From Bdellovibrionales bacterium (lineage in GTDB: Bacteria; Bdellovibrionota; Bdellovibrionia; Bdellovibrionales; Bdellovibrionaceae), in assembly GCA_031370005.1 (NCBI GenBank), contig JANMPT010000028.1, positions 195,433-259,432 on the forward strand: a stretch of 64,000 nt of DNA. The letters run 5' to 3'. A program made the position numbers and the translations under genes. Shown in pieces: positions 30,320 to 41,669 of the stretch; the first letter of the stretch is position 1; each line of letters starts with the position of its first letter. Under the pieces are notes generated by a model that worked only from the letters and a program-made list of their open reading frames with translations, was not told the origin of the DNA and made no database searches.

Positions 30320-30844
30320 TTAGATTCCAGACTTGTGTCTCTCCTCGTCGTCAACCTGTGTGAGGATTCCACCTTTCAGATTTGGCCTATAAGCTAAATG
30401 ATTAATGTCATAAATGAAATTTGCGCCATTTACTCCAGGGGTTTGCCACTCTGGGCCCATGCGAATAGCATCCACTGGACATGCTTCCTCACAGTAACCG
30501 CAGAAAACACAACGAAGAATATCGATCTCATAGGCAATCGGAAACTTCTCAACCGTTGGATCATCGTGCTCTGCCGCCGTGATTTTAATACATTCTGCCG
30601 GACAATTCGTCGCACATAACATACAAGCGGTACAACGAAGTGATCCATCTTTTTTAACAGTAAGTACGTGGTTTCCTTTAAATCGATTTGAATACTCATA
30701 CTTCTCTTCTGGATAGTTAAGTGTCTCCATTTGCTTTTTGTTAAAAAGATTTTTCAACAAATGCTTCATGGTGATACCCATTCCACCCAAAATACCGATC
30801 AGATACCACTTGCTCTTTTCCGAGTTATTTTGAACGACACTCAC
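30320..30844 (-). CDS. nuoI: NADH-quinone oxidoreductase subunit I
   Basis: TLNYPEEK; CTACMLCATNCP and CVFCGYCEEACP. Confidence 0.93.
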   Translation of the reverse strand: MSVVQNNSEKSKWYLIGILGGMGITMKHLLKNLFNKKQMETLNYPEEKYEYSNRFKGNHVLTVKKDGSLRCTACMLCATNCPAECIKITAAEHDDPTVEKFPIAYEIDILRCVFCGYCEEACPVDAIRMGPEWQTPGVNGANFIYDINHLAYRPNLKGGILTQVDDEERHKSGI

Positions 30845-32424
30845 AGAGCACCTCTTTTGAAAACGAATTCATTTTTCTTTCTATGCTCAAGCATTACTTC
30901 ATCTGGACGGCGTGACGCCTCAATGTATGTCTCTACCACCGGAGTCACCGCAACCTTGATTTCTTGGCCAGAAATCAACAATGCAGCTTGATCCAAAGTC
31001 AAAGCCTCAGAAACAATGGTCGTCACGCGTTTGAATTTTTGCTCAAGTCCCTGATGATTAATAAAGGTCCCATTTTTTTCTACAAAAGTCTTTAGTGGAA
31101 TCAAGGTCACATTACCCTTCAAGGATTCAAGCTGTTCATTAGAGCCTGCTTGCAACCAAATCAAGTTTTGCGCTTTTGAAAGCTCCGTAATTCGCTCCTT
31201 CAGATCAGGAAAAACCGTTTGATTTTCCGGGCCTGCGACAACCACAGTTTTGATTGCACCACTATCAAGACCTGCCTTCAACTCGCCCCAAGAAGCTGTC
31301 ACTCCATACTTCTCAAAAACTCTCAAAAGACCTTTGGTATTCGGATTTTTATCGCCACGAAGGAGCAATCCATCAAAGGACTCAAAAGTTTCTTTATTGT
31401 TTATCCAAAAGAAAATTTTCTTGGTTTTAAAATTGTTTACAAATATAGAAACAATCGCTTCATACTCTTCCACTGTGTATTGAGCCGTCAAAACCAAAGC
31501 CAAAGATTCACCGCCGCTCTTCAATGAAGCTGCAACTTCTTTTGCCGCTGCTCCTGGCGTCAGCTCCTTCCAACTTCCGCCTTGGCCTTTTTTTGCTTTT
31601 AATAAACGATTTTGTTTATTAGTAAACTTGTATATGTCACGCCCTTCGTCACACATCCAGTGGCCATTAACCTGCTCATTGTAAACGGGTTTTACACGGA
31701 ACATACCTTCTTTATTAAAATACGCCCTCACATTACAGCCAGTAGAGCAGCCAGTGCATATCGTTTCAGAGTCTTTGAGATACCACACTCGCTGACGGAA
31801 GCGGAAATCTTTAGAGGTCAAAGCCCCTACTGGACAAATATCAACTACATTAAGTGAGTATTTGTTATCTAATTGAGTGCCCTCAACCGTACCAATCTCA
31901 GTATGGTCGCCACGATTGAAAAGTCCCAGCTCATGAGTCTTTGAAACCTCATCAGTAAAACGAACGCAACGAGAACACAAAATACAACGTTCAGAATCAA
32001 GAACCACCGTTGGCCCCAAATCCACTACCTTATGTTTCTTTTGTTTTTTCTCGGCCATTTCAGGATCATACTTACCAAACTCCATGTACTGATCTTGAAG
32101 GCCACACTCCCCGGCCTGGTCGCAAATAGGGCAATCCAAGGGATGATTAATCAAGTGAAAGTCTAGACCCCACTTCACGGCATCTTTTACTTTCGCAGAG
32201 GTATTATTAATATTCATACCTTCAGTGATCGCAGTGTTACAAGCGATCTGAACCCGAGGATTTCCCTCGATCTCAACCATGCAAAGGCGACAGACGCCGG
32301 CCACACTTAAGCCCGGGTGGTAACAATAATGTGCGATAGCTTGCTCATTATTGTACATGGCTTCGATAATGGTTGTTCCAGCTTTAACTTCGATTTCTTT
32401 TCCGTTAATGGTGCATTTCGGCAT
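30841..32424 (-). CDS. nuoG: NADH-quinone oxidoreductase subunit G (short, 527 aa)
   Basis: CYHPGLSVAGVCRLC, HPLDCPICDQAGEC, CILCSRC, CTGCSTGC...WMCDEGR. Confidence 0.92.
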   Translation of the reverse strand: MPKCTINGKEIEVKAGTTIIEAMYNNEQAIAHYCYHPGLSVAGVCRLCMVEIEGNPRVQIACNTAITEGMNINNTSAKVKDAVKWGLDFHLINHPLDCPICDQAGECGLQDQYMEFGKYDPEMAEKKQKKHKVVDLGPTVVLDSERCILCSRCVRFTDEVSKTHELGLFNRGDHTEIGTVEGTQLDNKYSLNVVDICPVGALTSKDFRFRQRVWYLKDSETICTGCSTGCNVRAYFNKEGMFRVKPVYNEQVNGHWMCDEGRDIYKFTNKQNRLLKAKKGQGGSWKELTPGAAAKEVAASLKSGGESLALVLTAQYTVEEYEAIVSIFVNNFKTKKIFFWINNKETFESFDGLLLRGDKNPNTKGLLRVFEKYGVTASWGELKAGLDSGAIKTVVVAGPENQTVFPDLKERITELSKAQNLIWLQAGSNEQLESLKGNVTLIPLKTFVEKNGTFINHQGLEQKFKRVTTIVSEALTLDQAALLISGQEIKVAVTPVVETYIEASRRPDEVMLEHRKKNEFVFKRGAL

Positions 32425-33694
32425 ACGTCGTACCCTTCACTTTAGAGCGTCCTTCACGAACATAGAATTCAAATTCGTCACGAAATTTAGATATAAAACT
32501 AAGTACAGGTAAAGCAGCAGCATCCGAAAGTGCGCAGATCGTTCTGCCTTTCATATTTTCAGCAACTCTCTCAAGCAGCTCAATATCTTGCAAGCGACCG
32601 CGGCCTTCCAAGATTGATTGAACAAGCTTATTCAACCAACCAGTGCCCTCGCGACATGGAGTGCACTGACCACAAGACTCATGATGATAGAAGTGGGTCA
32701 GTACACCTAGCATATCCACCATGCACTGAGAGTCGTCGATCACTATAACAGCCCCAGAGCCAAGCATTGTGCCCATTGCCGCGAGACATTCATAATCCAT
32801 GGTCGCTTTTTCAGCTTCTGCCATTGTTATCACTGGAGCCGAGGAACCACCGGGGATCACAGCTTTCAACTTGCGACCGGGCTTCATGCCGCCACCCTCT
32901 TTATTGATTAAATCAATTAATGGATATGCGAGGGGAACCTCATAATTTCCTGGGTTCATGATATTTCCGGACAAGGAGAACAACTTTGTTCCCGGAGACT
33001 TCTCGGTTCCAAATTTACGATAAGCCTGAGCACCATCACGAATGATGTACTTTACCGCCGCCAGAGTTTCTACATTGTTTACGATTGTAGGCTTACGAAG
33101 ATAACCCTGAACCGCAGGAAAAGGAGGTTTCAACTTTGGCTGACCTTTTAAGCCCTCTAAGGAAGAAATCATTCCAGTCTCTTCACCACAAATATAAGCG
33201 CCAGCACCACTATACACATCCATATCATGATCAAAACCAGATCCCAGGATGTTTTTACCAAGATAGCCTGCATCATAGGCCTCGCGAAGTGCCTTTTCCA
33301 ATACAGAGATTGGATAGTGATACTCACCACGAACATAGATGTAAGATTTCTTTGAGCCAATGGCAAAAGCAGAGATGATCATGCCTTCAATCAGTTGATG
33401 TGGAGCGCGCTCCATCATCAATCGATCCTTAAAAGTACCCGGCTCGCCCTCGTCAGCATTACAAAGTAAATAACGAGGCTCGTTGTTCTTAGGGAGGAAA
33501 CTCCATTTAGTTCCCGTTGGAAAACCAGCACCACCGCGACCACGAAGACCAGAAGCCTTCACCTCTTCGATGATATGTTGAGCTTGCATTTTTAAAGCTT
33601 TTGCAAGCTCAACGTAACCCCCATGCTTTTTATAGCCTTCAAGGCCTATAAATTCATCGAGGTGATAAAATTCTGTCAATAATTTTGATTCCAT
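32405..33694 (-). CDS. nuoF: NADH-quinone oxidoreductase subunit F
   Basis: GLRGRGGAGFPTG, NADEGEPGTFKDR, GAGAYICGEET, ESCGQCTPCREG. Confidence 0.98.
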   Translation of the reverse strand: MESKLLTEFYHLDEFIGLEGYKKHGGYVELAKALKMQAQHIIEEVKASGLRGRGGAGFPTGTKWSFLPKNNEPRYLLCNADEGEPGTFKDRLMMERAPHQLIEGMIISAFAIGSKKSYIYVRGEYHYPISVLEKALREAYDAGYLGKNILGSGFDHDMDVYSGAGAYICGEETGMISSLEGLKGQPKLKPPFPAVQGYLRKPTIVNNVETLAAVKYIIRDGAQAYRKFGTEKSPGTKLFSLSGNIMNPGNYEVPLAYPLIDLINKEGGGMKPGRKLKAVIPGGSSAPVITMAEAEKATMDYECLAAMGTMLGSGAVIVIDDSQCMVDMLGVLTHFYHHESCGQCTPCREGTGWLNKLVQSILEGRGRLQDIELLERVAENMKGRTICALSDAAALPVLSFISKFRDEFEFYVREGRSKVKGTTYAEMHH

Positions 33695-34167
33695 TACTTC
33701 ATCCCTCTCAATAAATTCATCGCGGATTCAGGAGTCAAATTCTCATAATATCTGTCATTGACCTGCATCATTGGAGCCGTACCACAAGATCCAAGGCACT
33801 CCACCTTAGTAACAGAGAATCGACCATCCGGCGTAATGTCTTTGAATTTCACTTTCAGTTCATGGCAAATGTGATTTGCAAGCTCACGACTGCCGTTCAA
33901 GGCACAGGAAATATTAGTACAAACCTGCACATGGTATTTACCTACTTTTTCTTGATTGAACATCGTGTAGAACTTAAAAACTTCATTAATTTTACTCGCT
34001 GGTATGTCCATTACTTCAGAAAGGTGATGAATTACATCGTTGTTCACCCAACCGTTGTTTTCTTTTTGCGCCACATACAAGCTTGGGATAATTGCAGATT
34101 CCTTCACTTCGTATCGAGCAAGTTCCAGCTTAACTTTTTTTAATCCCTCTTCAGACAACTTAAACAT
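33694..34167 (-). CDS. nuoE: NADH-quinone oxidoreductase subunit E
   Basis: FYTMF, CTNISC, ECLGSCGTAP. Confidence 0.96.
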   Translation of the reverse strand: MFKLSEEGLKKVKLELARYEVKESAIIPSLYVAQKENNGWVNNDVIHHLSEVMDIPASKINEVFKFYTMFNQEKVGKYHVQVCTNISCALNGSRELANHICHELKVKFKDITPDGRFSVTKVECLGSCGTAPMMQVNDRYYENLTPESAMNLLRGMK

Positions 34168-34179
34168 TATTTACTCCGA

Positions 34180-35862
34180 CTATCTGTCTAGCTCACCAGC
34201 AATAAGATTCATACTCGCCACTGTTGCAATCGCATCAGCAATCATTGCGCCTTTCACTACGGACGGAAATGATTGATAAATCGCAAAGCATGGGGGGCGC
34301 ACTTTCAAACGATATGGATTGGCAGAGCCATCACTCACAAGATAAAAGCCCAATTCCCCATTAGCAGCCTCGGTCGCATCATAAACTTCTCCGACAGGAG
34401 GACGCAGGCCTTTAATAATAAGCATGAAGTGATTCATCAAACCCTCGATATTTCCATAAACATCTTTCTTCTCGGGAAGAACGATCCCTTTGTCACGAAT
34501 GGTATAATCGCCACCCGGAGGATTTTTACAAACCTGCTCGATGATACGAATACTTTGTCTCATTTCTTCAATGCGGACAAGATAGCGATCATAGATATCT
34601 CCGCTGGTTCCCACTGGAACGTCGAAGTCCAAAGCATCATAACCATAATACGGCGCTGCTTTACGCAAATCCAAACTCACGCCAGTGGCCCTTAAAAGGG
34701 GTCCCGTATAACCCCATTGAACCGCTTCAGCCGCTTTTACTGGGCAGACTCCTTGAGTTCTTTTGATGAAGATTTTATTGTCCAACATAAGGGCTGAAAT
34801 CTCATCAACGGCCTTCCGCATCTCCTTACAGAAGGCCAGAACGTCATCCCACCAGCCTTCAGGCGCATCTTGGGCCATCCCGCCCACTCGGGTCATTGAT
34901 ACAGTCAAGCGAGCGCCGCAAAGTTTTTCAAACAAGGTGTAAACCTTTTCGCGATAGGTATAGAGATGGAAAAAAGCTGACAAAGCGCCCAGATCCACGC
35001 CTCCCGTGCCCACGGCAATAATGTGATCGATAATGCGAGAAAGCTCAGCCAAAACCACACGCATCGCTTGGGCTTTCGGCGGAATCTCTACTCCCAAAAG
35101 TCTTTCAACTGCCTTGCAGTATCCGACGTTATTCATAGGCGCCGAACAGTAGTTCAAACGATCCGTGTAGGGAATAACCTGATTGTAAGGATGGGTCTCC
35201 GCCATTTTTTCAAAACATCGATGCAAATAACCAATCTCTGGATTGGCGCGCACAATGGTTTCACCATCAAGCTCCACCATTATACGAAGAGTCCCGTGGG
35301 TTGCCGGATGGGCAGGCCCAATATTCAAAGGAACATAATTATCGTTAAGAATAGAGCCATCAATGCCATTTTCATTATTAAAGTGAATCGGCAAGGCTTC
35401 CGTACAGTGTTGCTGAGCATCGGCCTCATAGTCCTTGCGGAGTGGGTGCCCGACAAACTGATGATGAGTCAAAATTTTACGCAGATTTGGATGGCCGACA
35501 AATTGAAGGCCGAACATATCGTATGCTTCACGTTCAAACCAATCTGCGCCAATCCAAGTATTGATTGCCGAATCAATGGTTTCATTTTCTCCCACCATGC
35601 ATTTGATGCGCAAACGAGATGCATCTTTTGAGGAAAATAAATGATAAACCACATCGAAACGCTTTGCTCGGCCTATATAGTCCACCCCACAAATATCCAT
35701 CAAGAAATCAAACCGCTGGGTCGCTTTAAAATAACGAAGAACTGGAATGATCTCCTCTTTTGGAATCTCCAGAACATCATCACCGTAAGCGTGCGTGAAC
35801 TTATACTTATCGACGTTAAACTTCGACGTCAGATCTTGTTTTAAATTTTCAAGCTTACTCAT
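34180..35862 (-). CDS. nuoCD: Fused NADH-quinone oxidoreductase subunit C/D (start moved to MSKLEN)
   Basis: [11 protein letters not shown]...GHPLRKDY (C); [25 protein letters not shown] (D); ATGAGTAA overlap with nuoB stop. Confidence 0.95.
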   Translation of the reverse strand: MSKLENLKQDLTSKFNVDKYKFTHAYGDDVLEIPKEEIIPVLRYFKATQRFDFLMDICGVDYIGRAKRFDVVYHLFSSKDASRLRIKCMVGENETIDSAINTWIGADWFEREAYDMFGLQFVGHPNLRKILTHHQFVGHPLRKDYEADAQQHCTEALPIHFNNENGIDGSILNDNYVPLNIGPAHPATHGTLRIMVELDGETIVRANPEIGYLHRCFEKMAETHPYNQVIPYTDRLNYCSAPMNNVGYCKAVERLLGVEIPPKAQAMRVVLAELSRIIDHIIAVGTGGVDLGALSAFFHLYTYREKVYTLFEKLCGARLTVSMTRVGGMAQDAPEGWWDDVLAFCKEMRKAVDEISALMLDNKIFIKRTQGVCPVKAAEAVQWGYTGPLLRATGVSLDLRKAAPYYGYDALDFDVPVGTSGDIYDRYLVRIEEMRQSIRIIEQVCKNPPGGDYTIRDKGIVLPEKKDVYGNIEGLMNHFMLIIKGLRPPVGEVYDATEAANGELGFYLVSDGSANPYRLKVRPPCFAIYQSFPSVVKGAMIADAIATVASMNLIAGELDR

Positions 35863-36409
35863 ATGGGGACTTCCAATTGTCCTTCCAAGGACGTGGTTGG
35901 TGAGTTGCAATCATTCTTTGTAAAGCCATGACGCCATCCAAAACCGCTTCCGGAGTTGGAGGGCAACCTGGAATATAAACATCGACAGGAATAATCTTAT
36001 CAACGCCTTGAAGTACGTGGTAAGCGCGATAGAAACCACCAGAGCTTGCACATGCGCCCATCGAGATGACATACTTCGACTCAAGCATCTGCTGATAAAT
36101 ACGCACAATCACGGGTGCCATTTTTTCCGTAATTGTACCAGCAACAAGAAGCAAATCCGCCTGCCGAGGTGAAAACCGCACGACCTCTGCTCCGAACCGG
36201 GCCAAGTCATAGCGAGGACCCATTACAGACATCAGCTCAATGCCACAGCAAGCAGTTCCGTAAGGCATCGGCCATAGTGAGTTTTTTCTTCCCCAAGCCA
36301 CCAAGTCATCAAGGCGAGTAGTCAACGCGAAGCCACGAGACATATCATCCAATGATTGATTAACATTCTGAACAACCTGAGGCTGAACAGTTCCATCAGC
36401 TGAATTCAT
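35855..36409 (-). CDS. nuoB: NADH-quinone oxidoreductase subunit B
   Basis: [31 protein letters not shown]. Confidence 0.97.
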   Translation of the reverse strand: MNSADGTVQPQVVQNVNQSLDDMSRGFALTTRLDDLVAWGRKNSLWPMPYGTACCGIELMSVMGPRYDLARFGAEVVRFSPRQADLLLVAGTITEKMAPVIVRIYQQMLESKYVISMGACASSGGFYRAYHVLQGVDKIIPVDVYIPGCPPTPEAVLDGVMALQRMIATHQPRPWKDNWKSPYE

Positions 36410-36618
36410 TTTGTCACTCCATTTTCATTCGACTCATAATTAGTTACAGAAAATCCTAAAACATGACAACTAGATAGATAATATAGAAGACCGCTTTCAT
36501 TTATTCAACGCGTACGCTCCCATAAGCGGATTTACAATTGATTCTCTCTATAGCTTATCCCTAGAATTAAAAACTAAGACCAACGAAGGTCTAGACCACA
36601 ACATGTGAGGGGGAATCC

Positions 36619-38088
36619 GTGTTATTGCACATTATAGCAGCAGCTATGAGTTTATCCTTGAGCGCGCAAGCAGCTCCCAAAGAACACAAACAAAAAGTCA
36701 GACAAGATGTCTTAATTAAGCTTGCGCCAGGCGCGACTAATTCAATGCAGTTTTTTGTACAATTTGAGGGCAGCGGCGCCACTGTTGAGCAAATTAGTGA
36801 CCAATGGGTCCACTTTAAGGGCGGAAGCCTTACTGATAAAGAGGTTCATGCTCTTTATCAAAATCCGGAAATTAAATATATTCAGCCAAACTATCCTATC
36901 CATTTATTAGAGGACTACTCTGTTCAAGATCCCCTCCGTCGCGCTGCAATTATGAGATTTGCCGCCAGACAAAAAGGGTCATCAAACACCCTTGCGAAGG
37001 ACAAAAAATATATCGATAATCCAGAAATTATTGATGCGCCACAACAACACGTCGGAGCTGACCCCTTATTTAATAACCAATGGGGAATGAAGGACATTGA
37101 TGTTGCCGACGCCTGGAAGGTAACAAAGGGTTCACCTGAAATGATTGTCGCCGTGATTGATACTGGCGTTGATTACACCCATGAAGACCTTCTGCCCAAT
37201 CTTTGGAGAAATCCAAAAGAGATTCCGAAGAATGGAATTGACGATGATAACAACGGCTATGTCGATGATGTTATCGGTTGGGACTTTGTCTCTAACGATA
37301 ACAAGCCCTACGATTTGGCAGTAGAACCACTACAGTTGCTAAGTGGTGGAAATCCAGGCCATGGCACTCACTGTGCTGGGAACGTGGCGGCTCGGGGTGA
37401 CAACGGTGTTGGCATCTCAGGTGTTGCTCCCAATGTAAAAATAATGGCTTTACGCTTCATCTCAGATAAGGGGCAAGGAACTACAGCCGACGCGATTAAA
37501 GCGATCAAGTATGCAGTTGATAATGGCGCAAAAGTTCTTTCTAACTCTTGGGGCTCGGAAGGCGAAGACCCAGCAAATGGCGCTGAAAATCAGGCCCTTC
37601 GCGATGCGATTCAGTACGCTCAAGATAAAGGCGTTCTTTTCATTGCAGCAGCTGGCAATGGCCACAGCGGAGTGGGTTACAGTAATGATACAGATCCTAA
37701 GCCTTCGTACCCAGCAACTTATTCTCATGAAAATATTGTGTCAGTAGCGGCATTAGATGCAAACGGTAACTTTGGTTCATTCTCTAACTGGGGAGCTAAA
37801 ACTGTCCACATCGGCGCCCCTGGAGTAAAAGTTTTCTCTACTACAGTTGGCAGTGAGTACTCTGACACCGTGATCGACAAATATGGCTTTCATGCTACTT
37901 GGGATGGAACCTCCATGGCGACTCCACATGTGGCAGGGGCCGCAGCCCTTTACTGGTCTGCCCATCCTGAAAAAAATTGGAGAGACGTGAAGGCGGCCCT
38001 TTTAGGATCCGCTAAAAAAATCCCATCTGCCAATGGAAAATTAGTCAGCGAGGGCAAGCTCGACGTTAATGCCTTATTGCACTACTAA
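36619..38088 (+). CDS. Secreted S8 (subtilisin-like) serine protease
   Basis: Signal peptide; triad VIDTGVD, HGTHCAG, GTSMATPHVAG; GTG start. Confidence 0.95.
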   Translation: MLLHIIAAAMSLSLSAQAAPKEHKQKVRQDVLIKLAPGATNSMQFFVQFEGSGATVEQISDQWVHFKGGSLTDKEVHALYQNPEIKYIQPNYPIHLLEDYSVQDPLRRAAIMRFAARQKGSSNTLAKDKKYIDNPEIIDAPQQHVGADPLFNNQWGMKDIDVADAWKVTKGSPEMIVAVIDTGVDYTHEDLLPNLWRNPKEIPKNGIDDDNNGYVDDVIGWDFVSNDNKPYDLAVEPLQLLSGGNPGHGTHCAGNVAARGDNGVGISGVAPNVKIMALRFISDKGQGTTADAIKAIKYAVDNGAKVLSNSWGSEGEDPANGAENQALRDAIQYAQDKGVLFIAAAGNGHSGVGYSNDTDPKPSYPATYSHENIVSVAALDANGNFGSFSNWGAKTVHIGAPGVKVFSTTVGSEYSDTVIDKYGFHATWDGTSMATPHVAGAAALYWSAHPEKNWRDVKAALLGSAKKIPSANGKLVSEGKLDVNALLHY

Positions 38089-38131
38089 TTTTCGATGCAG
38101 AATATTTGTTTTGGGAGGATATTAGTAGCCT

Positions 38132-39916
38132 ATGTCGGCCAACTATAGCGTTTCTCCTGAAAATGTTACTGAAACTACTAAGCTATTCAAAAATCCCCTG
38201 CTTCATTATATTCGGCATCAGCCCCGAGCATTTGGAGTAGGGATTTTTCTGTTAATAATTACGAACTCACTTGATGGGCTCTACCCTCTCTTATTAAAGA
38301 CCGGTATTGACCAAATAGAAAAACATCAACCCCTCGGTGAACTAGGTCACACATGTCTGGTGCTGATCGCAGCCATTACCTGCCTAGGATTAGCACGCTA
38401 CGGATGGCGCCGTAATTTTGGAAAGTTTCATACCTATGCCATGGAAGACATGCGTCTTCGCATCTTTAAACACTTCACCACTTTAGGCCCAAGCTTCTTT
38501 CAAAAAAACCAAGTTGGCGAACTTATGAGTGTCGTCACAAATGATGTCTCATCTTTCCGCCAAGCGATCGGCCCTGGATTTTTGATTTTTCTCGATGGTG
38601 TAATTTATCTGATTATTATTTTGCCGATAATGTTCTCAATAAACTTTGCCTGGACTTGGCAAACTCTTATCTTGCTGCCCTTAGTTCCTTTTCTGATTAA
38701 TAAGGTGATGAAGCTGATTCATCAAAATTACAAAATCTCCCAAGATCTTTTTTCGGAACTCACCGGGGTCACTCAAGAAACCATCGGCGGAATTCGTGTC
38801 GTAAAATCCTTTGGCCAGGAAAATCATCGCACCAACCTATTCTGCCAAGCTAGCCTGAAGCTTGAAAAGTCTAATAATAAAGTCGCCTTTATTGATTCTC
38901 TTTTTCTCCCCGTAATGGAATTTGGAGTAACCAGCGGTTCGGTGATTTTATTTTTCATCGCAGCTAATGACCTCTACTTAGGAACAGTCACAATTGGAAC
39001 CTTTGTGGCCTTTCATCGCTATATTCAAAAAATGGTTTGGCCTGTAACAGCCCTAGGCCTTGGCTTTTCTTATTACGAAAAAGGCCGCGCCTCAGTAAAT
39101 CGCATTAAGCAAGTCATGGTGCAGGTCACCGATATCCCGGATACAGGATTAATTGAGCTGAAAAAATTTGATTCTCTAGAGTTTAAAAAAGTTTCATTTA
39201 AATATCCAGGGAATGATGTCTACTCGCTAAAAAACATCTCTTTCAAAATTACCACAGGCGAACATGTCGGCTTAATAGGACAGGTGGGCTCTGGAAAAAG
39301 TACTCTGATAAATTTGCTATTAAGGATGTACCCAGTACTTGAGGGCCAAATTTTAATAAATGGGCTACCCATTGAAAAATACACACTAAAAAGTCTTCGC
39401 TCCACTTTAGTATTAGTGACTCAAGAGGTCTTTCTCTTTAGTGAGACAGTCTCTAGAAATGTCGGCTATGGATTTCATGAGGATCCGGAATTTAAAGCTG
39501 TCCAACGTATGACTGATGTTGTGAATATTCGCGGCGAAATTGAAAATTTACCTGAAAAATTTGACTCACAACTTGGTGAGCGTGGCGTGAATCTCTCTGG
39601 AGGACAGAAGCAGCGTCTGAGCATCGCCCGTGGTTTAATTCTAACATCTCCTGTCCTCATCATGGACGACGCCCTCAGTGCCGTCGACACACGCACTGAG
39701 AAAATGATTGATGACGCACTTACAAAGGCAAAAAGCCAACAAACGCGAATCACGATTGCCCATCGCCTAAGCTCTCTGAAAAGTACTGATAAAATTATGG
39801 TTCTTAAGGATGGCTCCATGGAAGCTATAGGTACCGCTGCAGAACTCATGCAGTTTAGCTCAGGTTTTCGCACTATTGTTAGTGTTCAATCAGACACTGG
39901 GATCAAGCATGAATGA
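38132..39916 (+). CDS. ABC exporter ATP-binding/permease subunit (MdlA-like)
   Basis: TMD plus GQVGSGKST, LSGGQKQR, degenerate Walker B IMDDALS. Confidence 0.92.
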   Translation: MSANYSVSPENVTETTKLFKNPLLHYIRHQPRAFGVGIFLLIITNSLDGLYPLLLKTGIDQIEKHQPLGELGHTCLVLIAAITCLGLARYGWRRNFGKFHTYAMEDMRLRIFKHFTTLGPSFFQKNQVGELMSVVTNDVSSFRQAIGPGFLIFLDGVIYLIIILPIMFSINFAWTWQTLILLPLVPFLINKVMKLIHQNYKISQDLFSELTGVTQETIGGIRVVKSFGQENHRTNLFCQASLKLEKSNNKVAFIDSLFLPVMEFGVTSGSVILFFIAANDLYLGTVTIGTFVAFHRYIQKMVWPVTALGLGFSYYEKGRASVNRIKQVMVQVTDIPDTGLIELKKFDSLEFKKVSFKYPGNDVYSLKNISFKITTGEHVGLIGQVGSGKSTLINLLLRMYPVLEGQILINGLPIEKYTLKSLRSTLVLVTQEVFLFSETVSRNVGYGFHEDPEFKAVQRMTDVVNIRGEIENLPEKFDSQLGERGVNLSGGQKQRLSIARGLILTSPVLIMDDALSAVDTRTEKMIDDALTKAKSQQTRITIAHRLSSLKSTDKIMVLKDGSMEAIGTAAELMQFSSGFRTIVSVQSDTGIKHE

Positions 39917-41669
39917 CGATATCATAAAAACAAAAATCACATATCCACTTATGTTTAAGCGCCTCTGGCCCTATACTCGTCGACATCCTTGGATGTTTGC
40001 TAGTGTTGTTTTGATCATTGTTGTCCTGACAGGAATTTCTCGTCTTATCCCTTATATTATTGGCTATGCCATTGACCATGGTGTTGTGGCAAAAAACATA
40101 TCACTATTTAAAACCATTGGCTTGATTTACCTGGCTTTGGAGTTTTCGCGCACCATACTAAGCTTTTGTCAGACGTATATGTTCCAATTGCTTGGAAATC
40201 GGGTGCTATTTTATCTACGTGAAGATTTGATTCGCCATACTCAATCCTTGCCGCTGCAATACTTTAACAAAACACCCACAGGTCGCACCGTGACTCGCAT
40301 CGCAAATGACGTAACGGCACTCGGAGACCTCTTCACCGACGGCGTAATTAACATTTTCATTAATGCTGTAACCCTACTTGCAATCATTATTGCAATGTTC
40401 CTGATCTCGCCGAAGCTGACTCTTATTACTTTGGCTGCCGCCCCTTTGTTTGTATTTGTGGCCCTAATACTTAGCAAGAAAATTCGTGAGATACTCCGCG
40501 AACAGAAGAAAAAGCTCTCGAACATTAATTCATTTTTAGCTGAAAACTTAAACGGCATCAAAGTCGTTCAACTCTATAATCGCATTTCTAAAAACCTTTC
40601 AATCTTTCAGGGCCTCTCAAATGACTATCGCGATAGCAACATGAGTTCAGTAAAAGCCTACGCAGCAATGTTCCCAATTATGAATTGCTTTATGGCCGTT
40701 ACAATTTCAGCGGCAATGTATTTCGGTGGCTGGATTAGCCTTGCGGGGGGCCTCTCTATTGGCGCAGTTGTCGCCTTTATGATGAATGCGCAGGATTTTA
40801 TTCCTCCTCTCCGCGATATTTTAGAAAAATATCAACAGTTTCAGAATTCCCTTACAAGTGCTGAGCGCATTTTCACACTAATGGATGAACCTGGGGAAAG
40901 TGAGCATAATGGCAGCCAAGAGCTCAAAAGCCTGCAAGGCGAAATAGAAATAAAAAATCTCAATTTTCGCTATGAAGAACATCTGCCATTCGTGTTAAAG
41001 AATATTAACATAAAAATACCCGCCGGAGAATCCATAGCCCTTGTCGGTCGCACCGGAAGCGGAAAAAGCACCTTTATTTCTTTGCTTCAACGCTTTTACG
41101 ATGCCCCCTCAAAAACTATAGAAATTGATGGCCATCCTATAGAGCAAATTACTCGTCATGCAATCCGTTCTCATATTGGCGTAGTTCAGCAAGACAATTT
41201 TATTTTCCGAGGAACAATTGCCGAAAACGTCAGCCTAGGTGATCCAACAATTACTTTAGAAAAAATCAGGACGGCACTGATGCAAACAGGTTATCTCGAT
41301 CTACTTCACCGCACCGGGCGCGATATATCTTCTGCAGTTGAAGAGCGCGGTGCGAACCTCTCTGTGGGCGAAAGACAGCTCATCGCTTTTGCTCGGATCT
41401 TGGCATTTGATCCTGATATTTTTATTCTCGATGAAGCCACCGCTAACATTGACTCTGAAAGTGAGTTAATCCTGCAAAAGGCAACCCGAGAGGTTATAAA
41501 AAGTCGTACAAGTATTATTATTGCTCATAGACTATCAACCGTACGCGAATGCCACCGCATCGCTGTTTTACGTGAAGGGGAAATCATGGAAATAGGTTCC
41601 CACAACGAACTCATGAGCCAGCAGGGACTGTATTTCCAATTGGCGAACAGTGGTTCTAGTCTACAATAG
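39909..41669 (+). CDS. ABC exporter ATP-binding/permease subunit (MdlB-like), start moved to MNDDII
   Basis: GRTGSGKST, LSVGERQ, ILDEATANID; overlaps partner gene by 8 nt; heterodimer pattern. Confidence 0.92.
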   Translation: MNDDIIKTKITYPLMFKRLWPYTRRHPWMFASVVLIIVVLTGISRLIPYIIGYAIDHGVVAKNISLFKTIGLIYLALEFSRTILSFCQTYMFQLLGNRVLFYLREDLIRHTQSLPLQYFNKTPTGRTVTRIANDVTALGDLFTDGVINIFINAVTLLAIIIAMFLISPKLTLITLAAAPLFVFVALILSKKIREILREQKKKLSNINSFLAENLNGIKVVQLYNRISKNLSIFQGLSNDYRDSNMSSVKAYAAMFPIMNCFMAVTISAAMYFGGWISLAGGLSIGAVVAFMMNAQDFIPPLRDILEKYQQFQNSLTSAERIFTLMDEPGESEHNGSQELKSLQGEIEIKNLNFRYEEHLPFVLKNINIKIPAGESIALVGRTGSGKSTFISLLQRFYDAPSKTIEIDGHPIEQITRHAIRSHIGVVQQDNFIFRGTIAENVSLGDPTITLEKIRTALMQTGYLDLLHRTGRDISSAVEERGANLSVGERQLIAFARILAFDPDIFILDEATANIDSESELILQKATREVIKSRTSIIIAHRLSTVRECHRIAVLREGEIMEIGSHNELMSQQGLYFQLANSGSSLQ

